Of a DNA stretch of 43,322 bases, positions 18,412-27,443 are shown in pieces. The notes beneath the pieces are model-generated. The model was not told the origin of the DNA. It was given only the letters and a program-made list of their open reading frames with translations, and did no database searches. Source of the stretch: Candidatus Dojkabacteria bacterium UBA4813 (lineage in GTDB: Bacteria; Patescibacteriota; Dojkabacteria; SC72); NCBI GenBank assembly GCA_002402455.1, contig DHFX01000015.1, positions 1 to 43,322 of the forward strand. The letters are read 5' to 3'. Every line of letters begins with the position of its first letter. Position 1 is the stretch's first letter. Both the position numbers and the translations under genes were made by a program.

Positions 18412-20838
18412 GTGAAAGAAGAAAAAATTAGAAATAATCTGATAGAAGCTCTTTCTAAGAGTTATATTTCCGTTAAGGAGGATATTTTAGCCTACAAAAA
18501 AGTTTCCGGTGTGGACTGGGATTACTATGAACTTGCCTGTGAACTTTTAGGAGTTCTTCTGGATAGGGTAGTTTGGTTATCCGTCTCGAAAGAAGAGGAC
18601 CTTTCTAAGGGTAGCAATGCGATTAAGTTGCATAAGGGGGAAGAATTTAATTTAAACTCTTTACTAGATCTTGGTTATGAAAGGGTTGAAAGGGTGTGGA
18701 ATGAGGGAGAGGTGTCTGTTTTAGGAGATGTTATCATTATTTGGCCCTTTAGTATGAACAATTTAGTTAGATTAAGTCTTTTAGGAAAGGAGATTGAGGA
18801 AATTTCCATAGTGGGAGCAGAGAGTAGGAAGAAAATAAGGGAAGTTAATGAAAGAATTCTTCTAAGTAAAAACAGTGAGTTGTTAGTAGGAAATGAAGAA
18901 TCCGGAGGGAGTATAAATATTAAACTGATAAACAATCTGGAAGAGGAGGAGGGAGGGGTGGATCTTGGGATTAGAAGTATCCCCGGAATAGAGGCTTACA
19001 GCACAAGATCTGCTTTGTTGGAAATATCTAAAAACTACAGAAACAGAGGGTATAAGATTTGGTATTTAACCAACAGCCCAGAAAAATATGATTTAGAGGT
19101 AGCAAAAGAGGTAAGGGAGATAGTAGATAACATTTTCTCGGCAAAGAATATTACCGGGAGGGGTATTAAGAAAGGCTTTGTGTCTTCCGTTGGAAAGGTT
19201 TTGGTCTTAACAGATTTAGAAGTTCTTGGAGAGTTAGACCTTTCTTCTTACCAAAGAAGAAATATTAATATGGATCCAGGAAGTGTCGAGATACTTAAAA
19301 AGATTGTTCCCGGAGATTATGTTGTACATGAGGATCACGGGATAGGTAAGTTTGTTAAAGTTGCAAAAAAGGACAAAGGTCCATACATAGAGATTGCGTA
19401 TAAGGGTAGCGATAAACTTTTTGTGCCTCTTACAGCTTCAGACAAGCTAACAAAATATATTGGAACAGGGAGAAAGAAACCTGTTTTAACAGGACTAAAT
19501 AGTGGAATATGGAGGAGAATCTCTAAGAAAGCTAAGGAAAGGACAGAAGACATTGCAAGGGAATTGCTTCAGTTGTATGCACTTCGTGAGAGTACAGAAG
19601 GGGTTCCTATAATTAATTCAGAGGACTCTCTAAAAGAATTGGAATTTTTTATAGATCAATTTGAATTCAAAGATACGGATGACCAACTTATTGCAACTAA
19701 AAATATAGTTGACGATCTACGAAAAAACAAGCCAATGGATAGGCTTCTGGTAGGAGATGTGGGGTATGGTAAAACCGAAATAGCTGCCAGAGCGGCGTTT
19801 GCAGTTGTAAATTCAGGTTACCAAGTAGCTATTCTTGCTCCGACAACGATTCTAGTTAAACAGCATCTAGCTGTTTTTAAGGAAAGATTTAAGGGGTATC
19901 CGATAAACATAGTTTCTTTATCAAGATTTTCTTTCGGAAAGGAAAAAGAGAAAGTCCTTGGAGATCTCTCCAAAGGCTTAGTGGACATTGTAATTGGAAC
20001 CCATGCTCTGCTTGGGAAGGAAGTCATTTTTAAGAAACTTGGTTTGTTGGTAATAGATGAAGAGCAGAAATTTGGTGTTAAACAGAAAGAGGAAATAAAG
20101 AAAAAGAGAGTTGATACAAATGTCCTGTCTCTGACGGCAACTCCAATCCCCAGAACTTTAAATATGGCACTTGCAGGGATAAGAGATATCTCTGTTTTGG
20201 CAATCCCTCCCGAAGGTCGAAAAGAGATTATAAATCACTTTGAAAGGTTTAATTGGGATAGTGTTAAAGATGCTATAGAGATCGAGTTAAAACGCAATGG
20301 TCAAGTATATTTCTTACATAATAGAGTGAGTACAATAGAGTTTGTTTACAGCAGATTGACTAAAATGTTTCCTCACAAGGTAATAGGAGTTGTTCATGGT
20401 CAGATGGGTGTTCAAAAATTGTCTAAAACTATGGATGCTTTTATTAACGGAAACATAGATATTTTAGTATGTACGACAATAATAGAAAATGGTCTAGATA
20501 TCCCTACTGTTAACACATTAATTATACAAGATGCTACCATGTTGGGGCTCTCTCAGATGTACCAGATTAGGGGTAGAATAGGGAGATCTACTACTCAGGC
20601 ACATGCCTATTTTTATTTTGACAATCTTAAGGGGGATGCCAAATTAAGGCTTGAAGCGATAAAGGAGTCCCAAGAACTGGGTTCAGGTTTTTTGCTCTCA
20701 AACAAGGATCTGGAGATAAGAGGGGCAGGGGATATTCTCGGGAGAAACCAGTCTGGGACTATAAATTCCGTAGGTTATGGTCTCTATTCTCAGATGCTTG
20801 CTGGGGCAGTAACAAGGATCAAAAATCTGGGTAAATAA
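18412..20838 (+). CDS. mfd: transcription-repair coupling factor Mfd (shortened; lacks C-terminal TRCF domain)
   Basis: GDYVVHEDHGIG (RID/CarD-like), MDRLLVGDVGYGKTE, DEEQKFG, TATPIPRTL, QIRGRIGR and DLEIRGAG motifs; ends shortly after the TRG motif. Confidence 0.92.
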   Translation: MKEEKIRNNLIEALSKSYISVKEDILAYKKVSGVDWDYYELACELLGVLLDRVVWLSVSKEEDLSKGSNAIKLHKGEEFNLNSLLDLGYERVERVWNEGEVSVLGDVIIIWPFSMNNLVRLSLLGKEIEEISIVGAESRKKIREVNERILLSKNSELLVGNEESGGSINIKLINNLEEEEGGVDLGIRSIPGIEAYSTRSALLEISKNYRNRGYKIWYLTNSPEKYDLEVAKEVREIVDNIFSAKNITGRGIKKGFVSSVGKVLVLTDLEVLGELDLSSYQRRNINMDPGSVEILKKIVPGDYVVHEDHGIGKFVKVAKKDKGPYIEIAYKGSDKLFVPLTASDKLTKYIGTGRKKPVLTGLNSGIWRRISKKAKERTEDIARELLQLYALRESTEGVPIINSEDSLKELEFFIDQFEFKDTDDQLIATKNIVDDLRKNKPMDRLLVGDVGYGKTEIAARAAFAVVNSGYQVAILAPTTILVKQHLAVFKERFKGYPINIVSLSRFSFGKEKEKVLGDLSKGLVDIVIGTHALLGKEVIFKKLGLLVIDEEQKFGVKQKEEIKKKRVDTNVLSLTATPIPRTLNMALAGIRDISVLAIPPEGRKEIINHFERFNWDSVKDAIEIELKRNGQVYFLHNRVSTIEFVYSRLTKMFPHKVIGVVHGQMGVQKLSKTMDAFINGNIDILVCTTIIENGLDIPTVNTLIIQDATMLGLSQMYQIRGRIGRSTTQAHAYFYFDNLKGDAKLRLEAIKESQELGSGFLLSNKDLEIRGAGDILGRNQSGTINSVGYGLYSQMLAGAVTRIKNLGK

Positions 20839-20845
20839 TTTTCAC

Positions 20846-20874
20846 TTGGCAAGGGGCTAACTTTGCTCTAGTAT
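20846..20874 (+). promoter_or_regulatory. dnaX promoter (likely leaderless transcript)
   Basis: TTGGCA-17 nt-TAGTAT, 6 nt before ATG 20881. Confidence 0.6.
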
Positions 20875-20880
20875 GTAAGC

Positions 20881-22452
20881 ATGTCTTCAGTCCTCTATCA
20901 AAAATACAGATCCAACAATTTTGATGAAATCAAGGGTCAGGATCATGTTATAAAGCTTTTAAAGAACGCTGTAAAAACCAACCAAATTGCTCAAGCATAC
21001 CTTTTTGTCGGCTCAAGAGGAACCGGGAAGACCTCTACTGCAAGAATATTAGCTAAGGCTGTTAATTGTCAGAATCTTAAAAAGGACGGGAATCCCTGTG
21101 GAGAGTGTGAATATTGCCGAAGTATTGCTGAAGGAAGGTTTTTAGACTTAATAGAGATAGATGCGGCATCAAATAGGGGGATAGATCAAATTAGGCAACT
21201 GAAGGAAAAGATTGAATTTTCTCCTTCTCAAGGGAAGTACAAGGTATATATAATAGATGAGGTTCATATGTTAACTACCGAGGCTTTTAATGCTCTTCTA
21301 AAGACTCTTGAGGAACCCCCTGCACATGTAATTTTCATTCTGGCTACTACAGACGCTCATAAGTTGCCTCCTACAATTCTTTCCAGATGTCAGAGGTATG
21401 ATTTCAGACTTGGAACGGATATAGAAATAAAAGGTCTTATAAAGGAGATTGTTAAAAAAGAAGAAATAATCATTGAGGAAGAAGCTTTAGATGTAATTGT
21501 GAATAATGCAAAGGGAAGTTACAGAGATGCTTTGTCAATTTTGGATGTCATATATACGGGTCAAGAAGAGAAGAAAAAAGAGATAACACTTGAGGAAACT
21601 AGGAAAATATTAGGTCTTCCTGACTTTGACAATGTTGTTCTTCTTCTTAAGAATCTTTTAGAGGGAAATGGAAGTAAGTCTTTGGTAGTAATAGAAGAAC
21701 TTGAGGAGAAGGGAGTTAATTTACAACAATTTACCGGTTATGTGTTAGATATTTTAAGAAGGATTCTCACCGGAAAGATAAAAGGGAAGTTAGAAAAGGA
21801 TTTTGATTTTGCTAAGGATGTAGATATTAAAGTTCTTCACAAGCTCATAAATCTCTTTTTAGAAGTGGAGAATAAGATTAGATATGCTAATAACCAAGCA
21901 CTTGTTTTGGAGATGATTATCCCCGAAATGATGAAAAGTGGAGTAGGACAAGATGTAGAGATAGTGAACCGAGATGTTAAAAAGAGAATTCCTAAAGATG
22001 GAGAGTTAGAAAAGCAGGAAAAAAAGAGCGATGAAGTGAAAATTGAAAGAGAAGATCTTACTGTCAAGGAGATACAGGATAGGTGGGATGAATTTGTTAA
22101 TGCAATAAAACCTTTTAATGGACATCTATACGCCTTTTTAGGTGGTGCCAATGTCATTAATTTTGACAAAGGTACATTGTTTATAGAAGTTCCTTTCCAA
22201 TTCCATATGGAGAGAATCATAGTCCCAAAGAGTAGGAATGCAATCTCTGAAACCTTTGAGAAAATTTACGGAACTAATTGTAAAATATCCTGTTCTGTGA
22301 ATGGAAACATTAAGCCTAAGAGAAAAGAGGATGCAAATTTCGTTTTAAGGAATCTTCCTGTAATTAAAAAAAAGAAACAAGAGGAACTGGAGGCGAAGAA
22401 AGTGAAAGAGAGAGTGGTTGAAAGCATTGAGGCAATATTTGAGGGTATGTAA
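20881..22452 (+). CDS. dnaX: DNA polymerase III subunit gamma/tau
   Basis: LYQKYR, GSRGTGKT, Zn Cys cluster, EIDAASN, IDEVHML, LLKTLEEPP and SRC motifs. Confidence 0.96.
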   Translation: MSSVLYQKYRSNNFDEIKGQDHVIKLLKNAVKTNQIAQAYLFVGSRGTGKTSTARILAKAVNCQNLKKDGNPCGECEYCRSIAEGRFLDLIEIDAASNRGIDQIRQLKEKIEFSPSQGKYKVYIIDEVHMLTTEAFNALLKTLEEPPAHVIFILATTDAHKLPPTILSRCQRYDFRLGTDIEIKGLIKEIVKKEEIIIEEEALDVIVNNAKGSYRDALSILDVIYTGQEEKKKEITLEETRKILGLPDFDNVVLLLKNLLEGNGSKSLVVIEELEEKGVNLQQFTGYVLDILRRILTGKIKGKLEKDFDFAKDVDIKVLHKLINLFLEVENKIRYANNQALVLEMIIPEMMKSGVGQDVEIVNRDVKKRIPKDGELEKQEKKSDEVKIEREDLTVKEIQDRWDEFVNAIKPFNGHLYAFLGGANVINFDKGTLFIEVPFQFHMERIIVPKSRNAISETFEKIYGTNCKISCSVNGNIKPKRKEDANFVLRNLPVIKKKKQEELEAKKVKERVVESIEAIFEGM

Positions 22453-22520
22453 GGATTTTCATTTTGGGCTTCGTTTAAGTTATAATAGGTTTGTTATCTA
22501 AGTTTTTTATTGTAATTATT

Positions 22521-22814
22521 ATGTTAAATCCAGTAGAGGTATTAAAGATGCAAAATGAGGCTAAAAAGCTTCAGAAGAAACTGCGAGAAAGAAAAGTTAA
22601 AGGAGAATCCAAAAATGGGATGATTGTAATATATATGAATGCAGCTCAGGAGTTGGAAGATGTGCATATAGATGATGAATATCTCTCCCCGGATATGTCT
22701 GAAGCCTTAAAGAAGGGTTTTAAAGAAGCATTTAAGGACTACCAGAAGAAGCTTCAGAAGGATATGGTTCAGGATATGGATATGGATCAATTAAGAAATA
22801 TGTTTAGTAAATAG
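22521..22814 (+). CDS. ybaB: YbaB/EbfC nucleoid-associated protein
   Basis: Small helical protein with 'KGESKNGMIVI' between dnaX and recR. ATG 22521 preferred over TTG 22491. Confidence 0.8.
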   Translation: MLNPVEVLKMQNEAKKLQKKLRERKVKGESKNGMIVIYMNAAQELEDVHIDDEYLSPDMSEALKKGFKEAFKDYQKKLQKDMVQDMDMDQLRNMFSK

Positions 22815-22815
22815 T

Positions 22816-23448
22816 ATGTCGGTTTTACCCAAGAGTGTAGAAAAAGTAATAGAGGAATTTGGTAAGCTGCCGGGTGTGGGACCTAAATCTGCTGCACGTA
22901 TGGCATACCACTACATTAGATCTTCCAACAAAGATGCTTCTAAATTAGCTTCTGCTCTCAGTGACATGGAAGAAAATGTCAGGTATTGTAAGAAGTGTTT
23001 TAATGTTACAGACAAAGAGGTTTGTGACATTTGTTCGTCTCCTTTAAGGAAGAAGAATAAGATATGTGTTGTTGAAGAACCTTTGGATGTAGTGGCTTTT
23101 GAAAATAGTGGTGTTTATGACGGTCTTTATTTTGTTTTAGGTGGTGTAATTTCTCCTGCAGACGGGATAGGTGAGGAGGAATTGAGGTTTAAAGAATTAG
23201 AAAAGAGAGTTAATGAACTTTTAGAGGAAGTTAAGGGGAATAAGTGTATTGAGATTATTATAGCTACCAATCCTAGTTTGGAAGGGGAAGCTACTGCAAG
23301 TTACATAATTGACCTTTTTGCTAAGTTAGCTAAAGAGAAGAAGGTTAATATTACAAGATTAGCCATGGGGCTTCCTACTGGGGCAGATTTAGAATATGCT
23401 GATAGACTGACTTTGAAGAGAGCTCTGGAGGGTAGGAGGGGGATTTAG
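22816..23448 (+). CDS. recR: recombination mediator RecR
   Basis: LPGVGPKSAAR (HhH), C4 zinc finger, ICVVE, ATNP..EGEATA and LEYAD motifs. Confidence 0.96.
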   Translation: MSVLPKSVEKVIEEFGKLPGVGPKSAARMAYHYIRSSNKDASKLASALSDMEENVRYCKKCFNVTDKEVCDICSSPLRKKNKICVVEEPLDVVAFENSGVYDGLYFVLGGVISPADGIGEEELRFKELEKRVNELLEEVKGNKCIEIIIATNPSLEGEATASYIIDLFAKLAKEKKVNITRLAMGLPTGADLEYADRLTLKRALEGRRGI

Positions 23449-23461
23449 TTGCACTCTCTAT

Positions 23462-24286
23462 TTAGTAAGGTTGATGTTTATTTACCTGTTTGGTGTAATG
23501 ATCTAACTTCTTTTTTGTATTTTTAATCCTTTTACTTGCTTCAACAGCATTAAATAAGAACACTTTGAGGGGGCCGTTAGTGGGATTGTAGGGTTCGATA
23601 TCTTGTCCTCTGTACATTCTGGTAAATTGTTCAAAATCATGACCATATTGAGGGCCATTTTTCATGTACACACTAAATTCTGCAAAGAGGGGATCTTTTG
23701 CTTTATTTAGTCCCATAAAGATGCCCACATGTGTAAATGTGTCATAACCATGATGTCCTATTCTTTCCGGAAGATATATAACAGTCCCTGGAGGCATCTT
23801 TTCCCAGATGGTTTTGTCAGACAAGAGTTTTTTTAGCTCTATTTCTGTTGCTAAATCCTCTCCAAAATGCTGGGATAACATTTTAAGATAGGGAACTTGT
23901 TTGACTGTAGTCCCACTGGGCATGGGATCTCCTAGTTTAGGAGAGTATTCAGAAACAGGGGTCTCTACCCGTGCAACTTCAAATCCTAAGTGTATAAAGT
24001 ATCGTGCAACATACCCGCCACAATCGTAATTCTCTCCGGTATTCCAAGTGTACGGGATTCCGGCAAAATCTTCTGCAGCTGCTCTCACTGCATTGTATGC
24101 AATTATCTGGTTCTCACTGTTCTCGTAGAAATCAATTTCGGGATTATCATTCGTAGGAGTTAAATTTTCTAAATTCCCTAAAATGTCTGGAATTTTAGAA
24201 AAGGCTAGAGCAGTAAAAGCGGAGCGTTTGAGAAATTCTCTTCTGGAAATTGTTTCAGACCCTTTTTCAGGATTATCTACTTCCAT
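23462..24286 (-). CDS. NlpC/P60-family cysteine hydrolase with twin-arginine-like N-terminus
   Basis: GIPYTW...YDCGGYV, PPG.VIY and HVGIFMG motifs; N-terminal SRREFLK. Confidence 0.75.
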   Translation of the reverse strand: MEVDNPEKGSETISRREFLKRSAFTALAFSKIPDILGNLENLTPTNDNPEIDFYENSENQIIAYNAVRAAAEDFAGIPYTWNTGENYDCGGYVARYFIHLGFEVARVETPVSEYSPKLGDPMPSGTTVKQVPYLKMLSQHFGEDLATEIELKKLLSDKTIWEKMPPGTVIYLPERIGHHGYDTFTHVGIFMGLNKAKDPLFAEFSVYMKNGPQYGHDFEQFTRMYRGQDIEPYNPTNGPLKVFLFNAVEASKRIKNTKKKLDHYTKQVNKHQPY

Positions 24287-24552
24287 GGTTTTTGCTTAGT
24301 ATTTTAGTATTAAAGATTATATCTGATTAAGAATATCTGTTACAAGGGTTTTACATATATGTTGCAGATTGTTTTTATTGTAATCCTATAGTATAATATG
24401 CACCTTGTATGGATATTTATCCTACATTTTTATCTGCTCTTTAAAAAGGTTCTACTATATCCTCTAATATTTCTTGGTGAACCCAATTTGGTTTTTATTA
24501 ACAGAATAGAAAACAGATTGGGTTTTACTAAGAATAAGAAAAGGAGATTAAA

Positions 24553-24939
24553 ATGATTACAGAAAATTTCTATTCCATATTTTATATCGGAGCCATGATT
24601 GTGGCTGCGGTAGCAAACGGAATCCAATTTGGAGGAGCAAAAGGGTTTAGCTTTCGTAGAGGGGCTAACATCTTTCAGATGTTAATTTTTATTGCTGTCC
24701 CCATTGCTTTTGTAATAGAGGGACAGACCTCGGCATTCTATTTCTGGTCAATAGTGGGATTTTTTCTATGCTCGATGATCGATGTCATAGAGATGGCTCT
24801 CTTGGCCAGTGGGAAGGTTGTCGAGAAGGAAGATTCCGTTATAAGTCAGCAGGCACTATACGTGATTTTTTCGTTTCTTCTCACAACCGGGATATTTCTT
24901 GTTTCCCTCATGCTTGTCACCGGTTATCTATTTGTTTAA
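24553..24939 (+). CDS. small 4-TM hypothetical membrane protein
   Basis: Strong AAGGAG RBS, four hydrophobic segments, upstream TTGTTT-17-TATAAT. Confidence 0.75.
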   Translation: MITENFYSIFYIGAMIVAAVANGIQFGGAKGFSFRRGANIFQMLIFIAVPIAFVIEGQTSAFYFWSIVGFFLCSMIDVIEMALLASGKVVEKEDSVISQQALYVIFSFLLTTGIFLVSLMLVTGYLFV

Positions 24940-24962
24940 TCATTATTTCTTAGTAGAACCCA

Positions 24963-25024
24963 ACAGGGAGGAGAGATCAATCGTTTTAGACTTAATTGTC
25001 TACTTCGCAATCTCTTCTCCTTGT
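24963..25024 (+). terminator. long hairpin after the membrane-protein gene (terminator or structured element)
   Basis: ACAGGGAGGAGAGAT / ATCTCTTCTCCTTGT stem with two G-U pairs and an inner TAGAC/GTCTA stem. No poly-U tail, so a terminator function is uncertain. Confidence 0.45.
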
Positions 25025-25075
25025 AAAACCCCTCAAAATGGAAATTCCCATAAATACAGTGTAAAATGATTCAGT

Positions 25076-26527
25076 ATGAAGTTATACAGTACCCTAGATA
25101 GAAAAGTTACTGAAATAGTACCTATTAAAAAAGGTCAAATCTCCATGTACAGCTGTGGTCCCACAGTTTATTCCAGAATGCAAATAGGAAACATTAGAGC
25201 ATATGTCAATTGGGATATCCTACACAGGGCATTTTTGTATTTAGGATACAATGTAAAAAGAATTATGAACATAACAGATGTCGGTCATATGACATCAGAT
25301 GATGACTTCGGTAGTGATTTCGGTGAAGACAAAATGGACAGACAAGCCCAAAAAGAAGGCTTACAACCCATAGATATTGCAAATAAATATATAGATACAG
25401 TCTTAGATGACTTTAGAGATCTTAATATCCTTTCTCCAAGTGGAGAAACTATTCCTGAAGATTTAAATTACGAAGAGGTTGGAGAGTACGGTTTTACCAG
25501 AGCAACGGAGTATATAGAGGAGATGATAGATATGATCAAAAAGATTGAGAAGAATGGTTATACCTATGAGACTAAACAAGCTCTTTACTTTGATGTCACA
25601 AAAATAAAAGATTACACAATATTTACAGGACAGAATCTAGATGAAAAGAATGTAGGAGTTAGAGAAGAAGTAGACGTAGATCCTCAGAAGAGGAATCCTG
25701 CAGATTTTGTTCTTTGGATGAAGAGATATGGTAAGTATAAAAACCATATTATGAACTGGGAATCTCCATGGGGAAACGGTTTCCCCGGTTGGCATATAGA
25801 ATGTTCCGCTATGTCAACATCCTTATTGGGAGAGTACTTTGATATACACACGGGTGGTGTGGACCATATCCCTGTTCACCATACCAATGAAAGAGCTCAA
25901 AATATTGGAGCTTTTAACCACCCTTCAGTTAAGTATTGGGTACATAATGAATGGGTAGTAAATAAGGACGAAAGTAAGATATCCAAAAGTAAAGGAAACG
26001 TTACATACCTCCCAACTCTTGTGGAATTGGGCTTCGACCCTATGGATATCAGATATTTTTTGCTGTCCATAAACTACAGAACCAGAATTCAGTTCTCCAT
26101 TGAAGCTTTAGAGGGTGCTAAGAACGCCAGGGAAGCTCTTGTAAGAAGACTTAGAGAACTGGGAGATACCAAAGGGGACGTAATCCCAGAGTATACAGGT
26201 CGTTTTAAAAAGGAACTAGAAAACAATCTGAATATGTCAGGAGTATTAGCACTCATAAACGAATTGTTAAAAGAAGATCTTCCTCAAAAAGATATTCTCG
26301 CAACAATTTTAGATTTTGACAAAGTCCTAGCTTTAAACTTAGAAGAATGTATTACAAAGAAAGAACCTATGGACATCCCGTCTGAAATTAATGCTCTTTT
26401 AGAAAAGAGAATGCTTGTAAAAGAGGAAAAGAATTACGAGGAGGCAGACAGGATAAGAAACCAGATAGAGAATATGGGATACAGGGTATTAGATACTCCA
26501 AAAGGTCAAAAATTAGAAAAAATCTAG
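25076..26527 (+). CDS. cysS: cysteine--tRNA ligase
   Basis: YSCGPTVY, QIGN, NITDVGH, DFVLW, PGWHIECSAM, DIHTGG.D...HH.NE and KISKS motifs. Confidence 0.97.
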   Translation: MKLYSTLDRKVTEIVPIKKGQISMYSCGPTVYSRMQIGNIRAYVNWDILHRAFLYLGYNVKRIMNITDVGHMTSDDDFGSDFGEDKMDRQAQKEGLQPIDIANKYIDTVLDDFRDLNILSPSGETIPEDLNYEEVGEYGFTRATEYIEEMIDMIKKIEKNGYTYETKQALYFDVTKIKDYTIFTGQNLDEKNVGVREEVDVDPQKRNPADFVLWMKRYGKYKNHIMNWESPWGNGFPGWHIECSAMSTSLLGEYFDIHTGGVDHIPVHHTNERAQNIGAFNHPSVKYWVHNEWVVNKDESKISKSKGNVTYLPTLVELGFDPMDIRYFLLSINYRTRIQFSIEALEGAKNAREALVRRLRELGDTKGDVIPEYTGRFKKELENNLNMSGVLALINELLKEDLPQKDILATILDFDKVLALNLEECITKKEPMDIPSEINALLEKRMLVKEEKNYEEADRIRNQIENMGYRVLDTPKGQKLEKI

Positions 26528-26528
26528 T

Positions 26529-27443
26529 ATGAGTCAACAAACAATTTCACTAAAATTAACACAGGAAGAAGCAAATTCTCTAAGATATGTGTTAGAGAAG
26601 AAAGATTGGAAGGAGGAAAGTATAAAGAATGAATATGTAGCTTTGCGGATGAAGAATGACAATGGCTCCGTATGTACTCTTTACACCAGTATGAAAGTGG
26701 TGTTTCAGGGAAAGGAAGATTTTCAAATGTTAATAAAACTACTAAAGGATAAAGCCAAAAGTAGTAATAAAACAAATGTTTCTGTAGAAGTAATCCCGCA
26801 TATAGGTGTGGATGAAGTAGGAAAGGGAGACTATTTTGGTCCATTAGTGGTAGTTGCCTGTTTTGTAAATGATAAATTCCTTCAAGATACGGAATTTTTA
26901 GGAATAGGGGACTCTAAAAAGATCTCAGATAACAGAATAAGAGATATCTACAAGGAGATTAAAGATTACCCATACTACTATGTATCCATAGTAAATCCAA
27001 AGGAATATAACACACAAATAAAGAAACTAAAGAATGTCTCCGTACTTTTAGCAAAACAACATTCCAAGGTTATCGAAATGGGTCTTAGGGATCTTGCAGA
27101 AAAAGGTATAGAGTGTAAAGAGGTTGTAATAGACCAGTTTTCTTCGAAGAAAAGTAGGGTAATAGATGAACTTGGGCCATTGGGTAAGAAAATAAAGTTT
27201 GTTCAATTCCACAAGGGAGAATCAGATATTGCTGTAGCCTGTTCTTCTGTGATAGCAAGAGCAATATTCCTGACGGAATTAGATAAAATGGAGAAAAAAT
27301 ATTATTTTACTTTCCCTAAGGGAGCTTCTGAAGTTATTGGAGCAGGTAGGGAGTTTGTTAAAAAGCATGGGGTAGGGGAATTAGAAAAGGTTGCTAAAAT
27401 AAGCTTTAAAACAACTAAAAAGGTTATTCAGGATTCTTTTTAG
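26529..27443 (+). CDS. rnhC: ribonuclease HIII
   Basis: N-terminal TBP-like 'TLYTSMKVVFQG'; IGVDEVGKGDYFGP, DSKK, IDQF and KGES..AVA motifs. Confidence 0.93.
   Translation: MSQQTISLKLTQEEANSLRYVLEKKDWKEESIKNEYVALRMKNDNGSVCTLYTSMKVVFQGKEDFQMLIKLLKDKAKSSNKTNVSVEVIPHIGVDEVGKGDYFGPLVVVACFVNDKFLQDTEFLGIGDSKKISDNRIRDIYKEIKDYPYYYVSIVNPKEYNTQIKKLKNVSVLLAKQHSKVIEMGLRDLAEKGIECKEVVIDQFSSKKSRVIDELGPLGKKIKFVQFHKGESDIAVACSSVIARAIFLTELDKMEKKYYFTFPKGASEVIGAGREFVKKHGVGELEKVAKISFKTTKKVIQDSF

Noticed and set aside
24430..24627. Small ORFs around the orphan membrane gene (24430-24627 minus, 24768-24953 plus)
   Set aside because: They overlap the better supported 24553-24939 CDS, which has a strong RBS and coherent TM pattern.
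24958..25030. Integron attC site (ACCCAAC fits RYYYAAC just before the long hairpin)
   Set aside because: No matching GTTRRRY core at the other end (TTGTAAA), no integrase, and no array of similar sites in the window.
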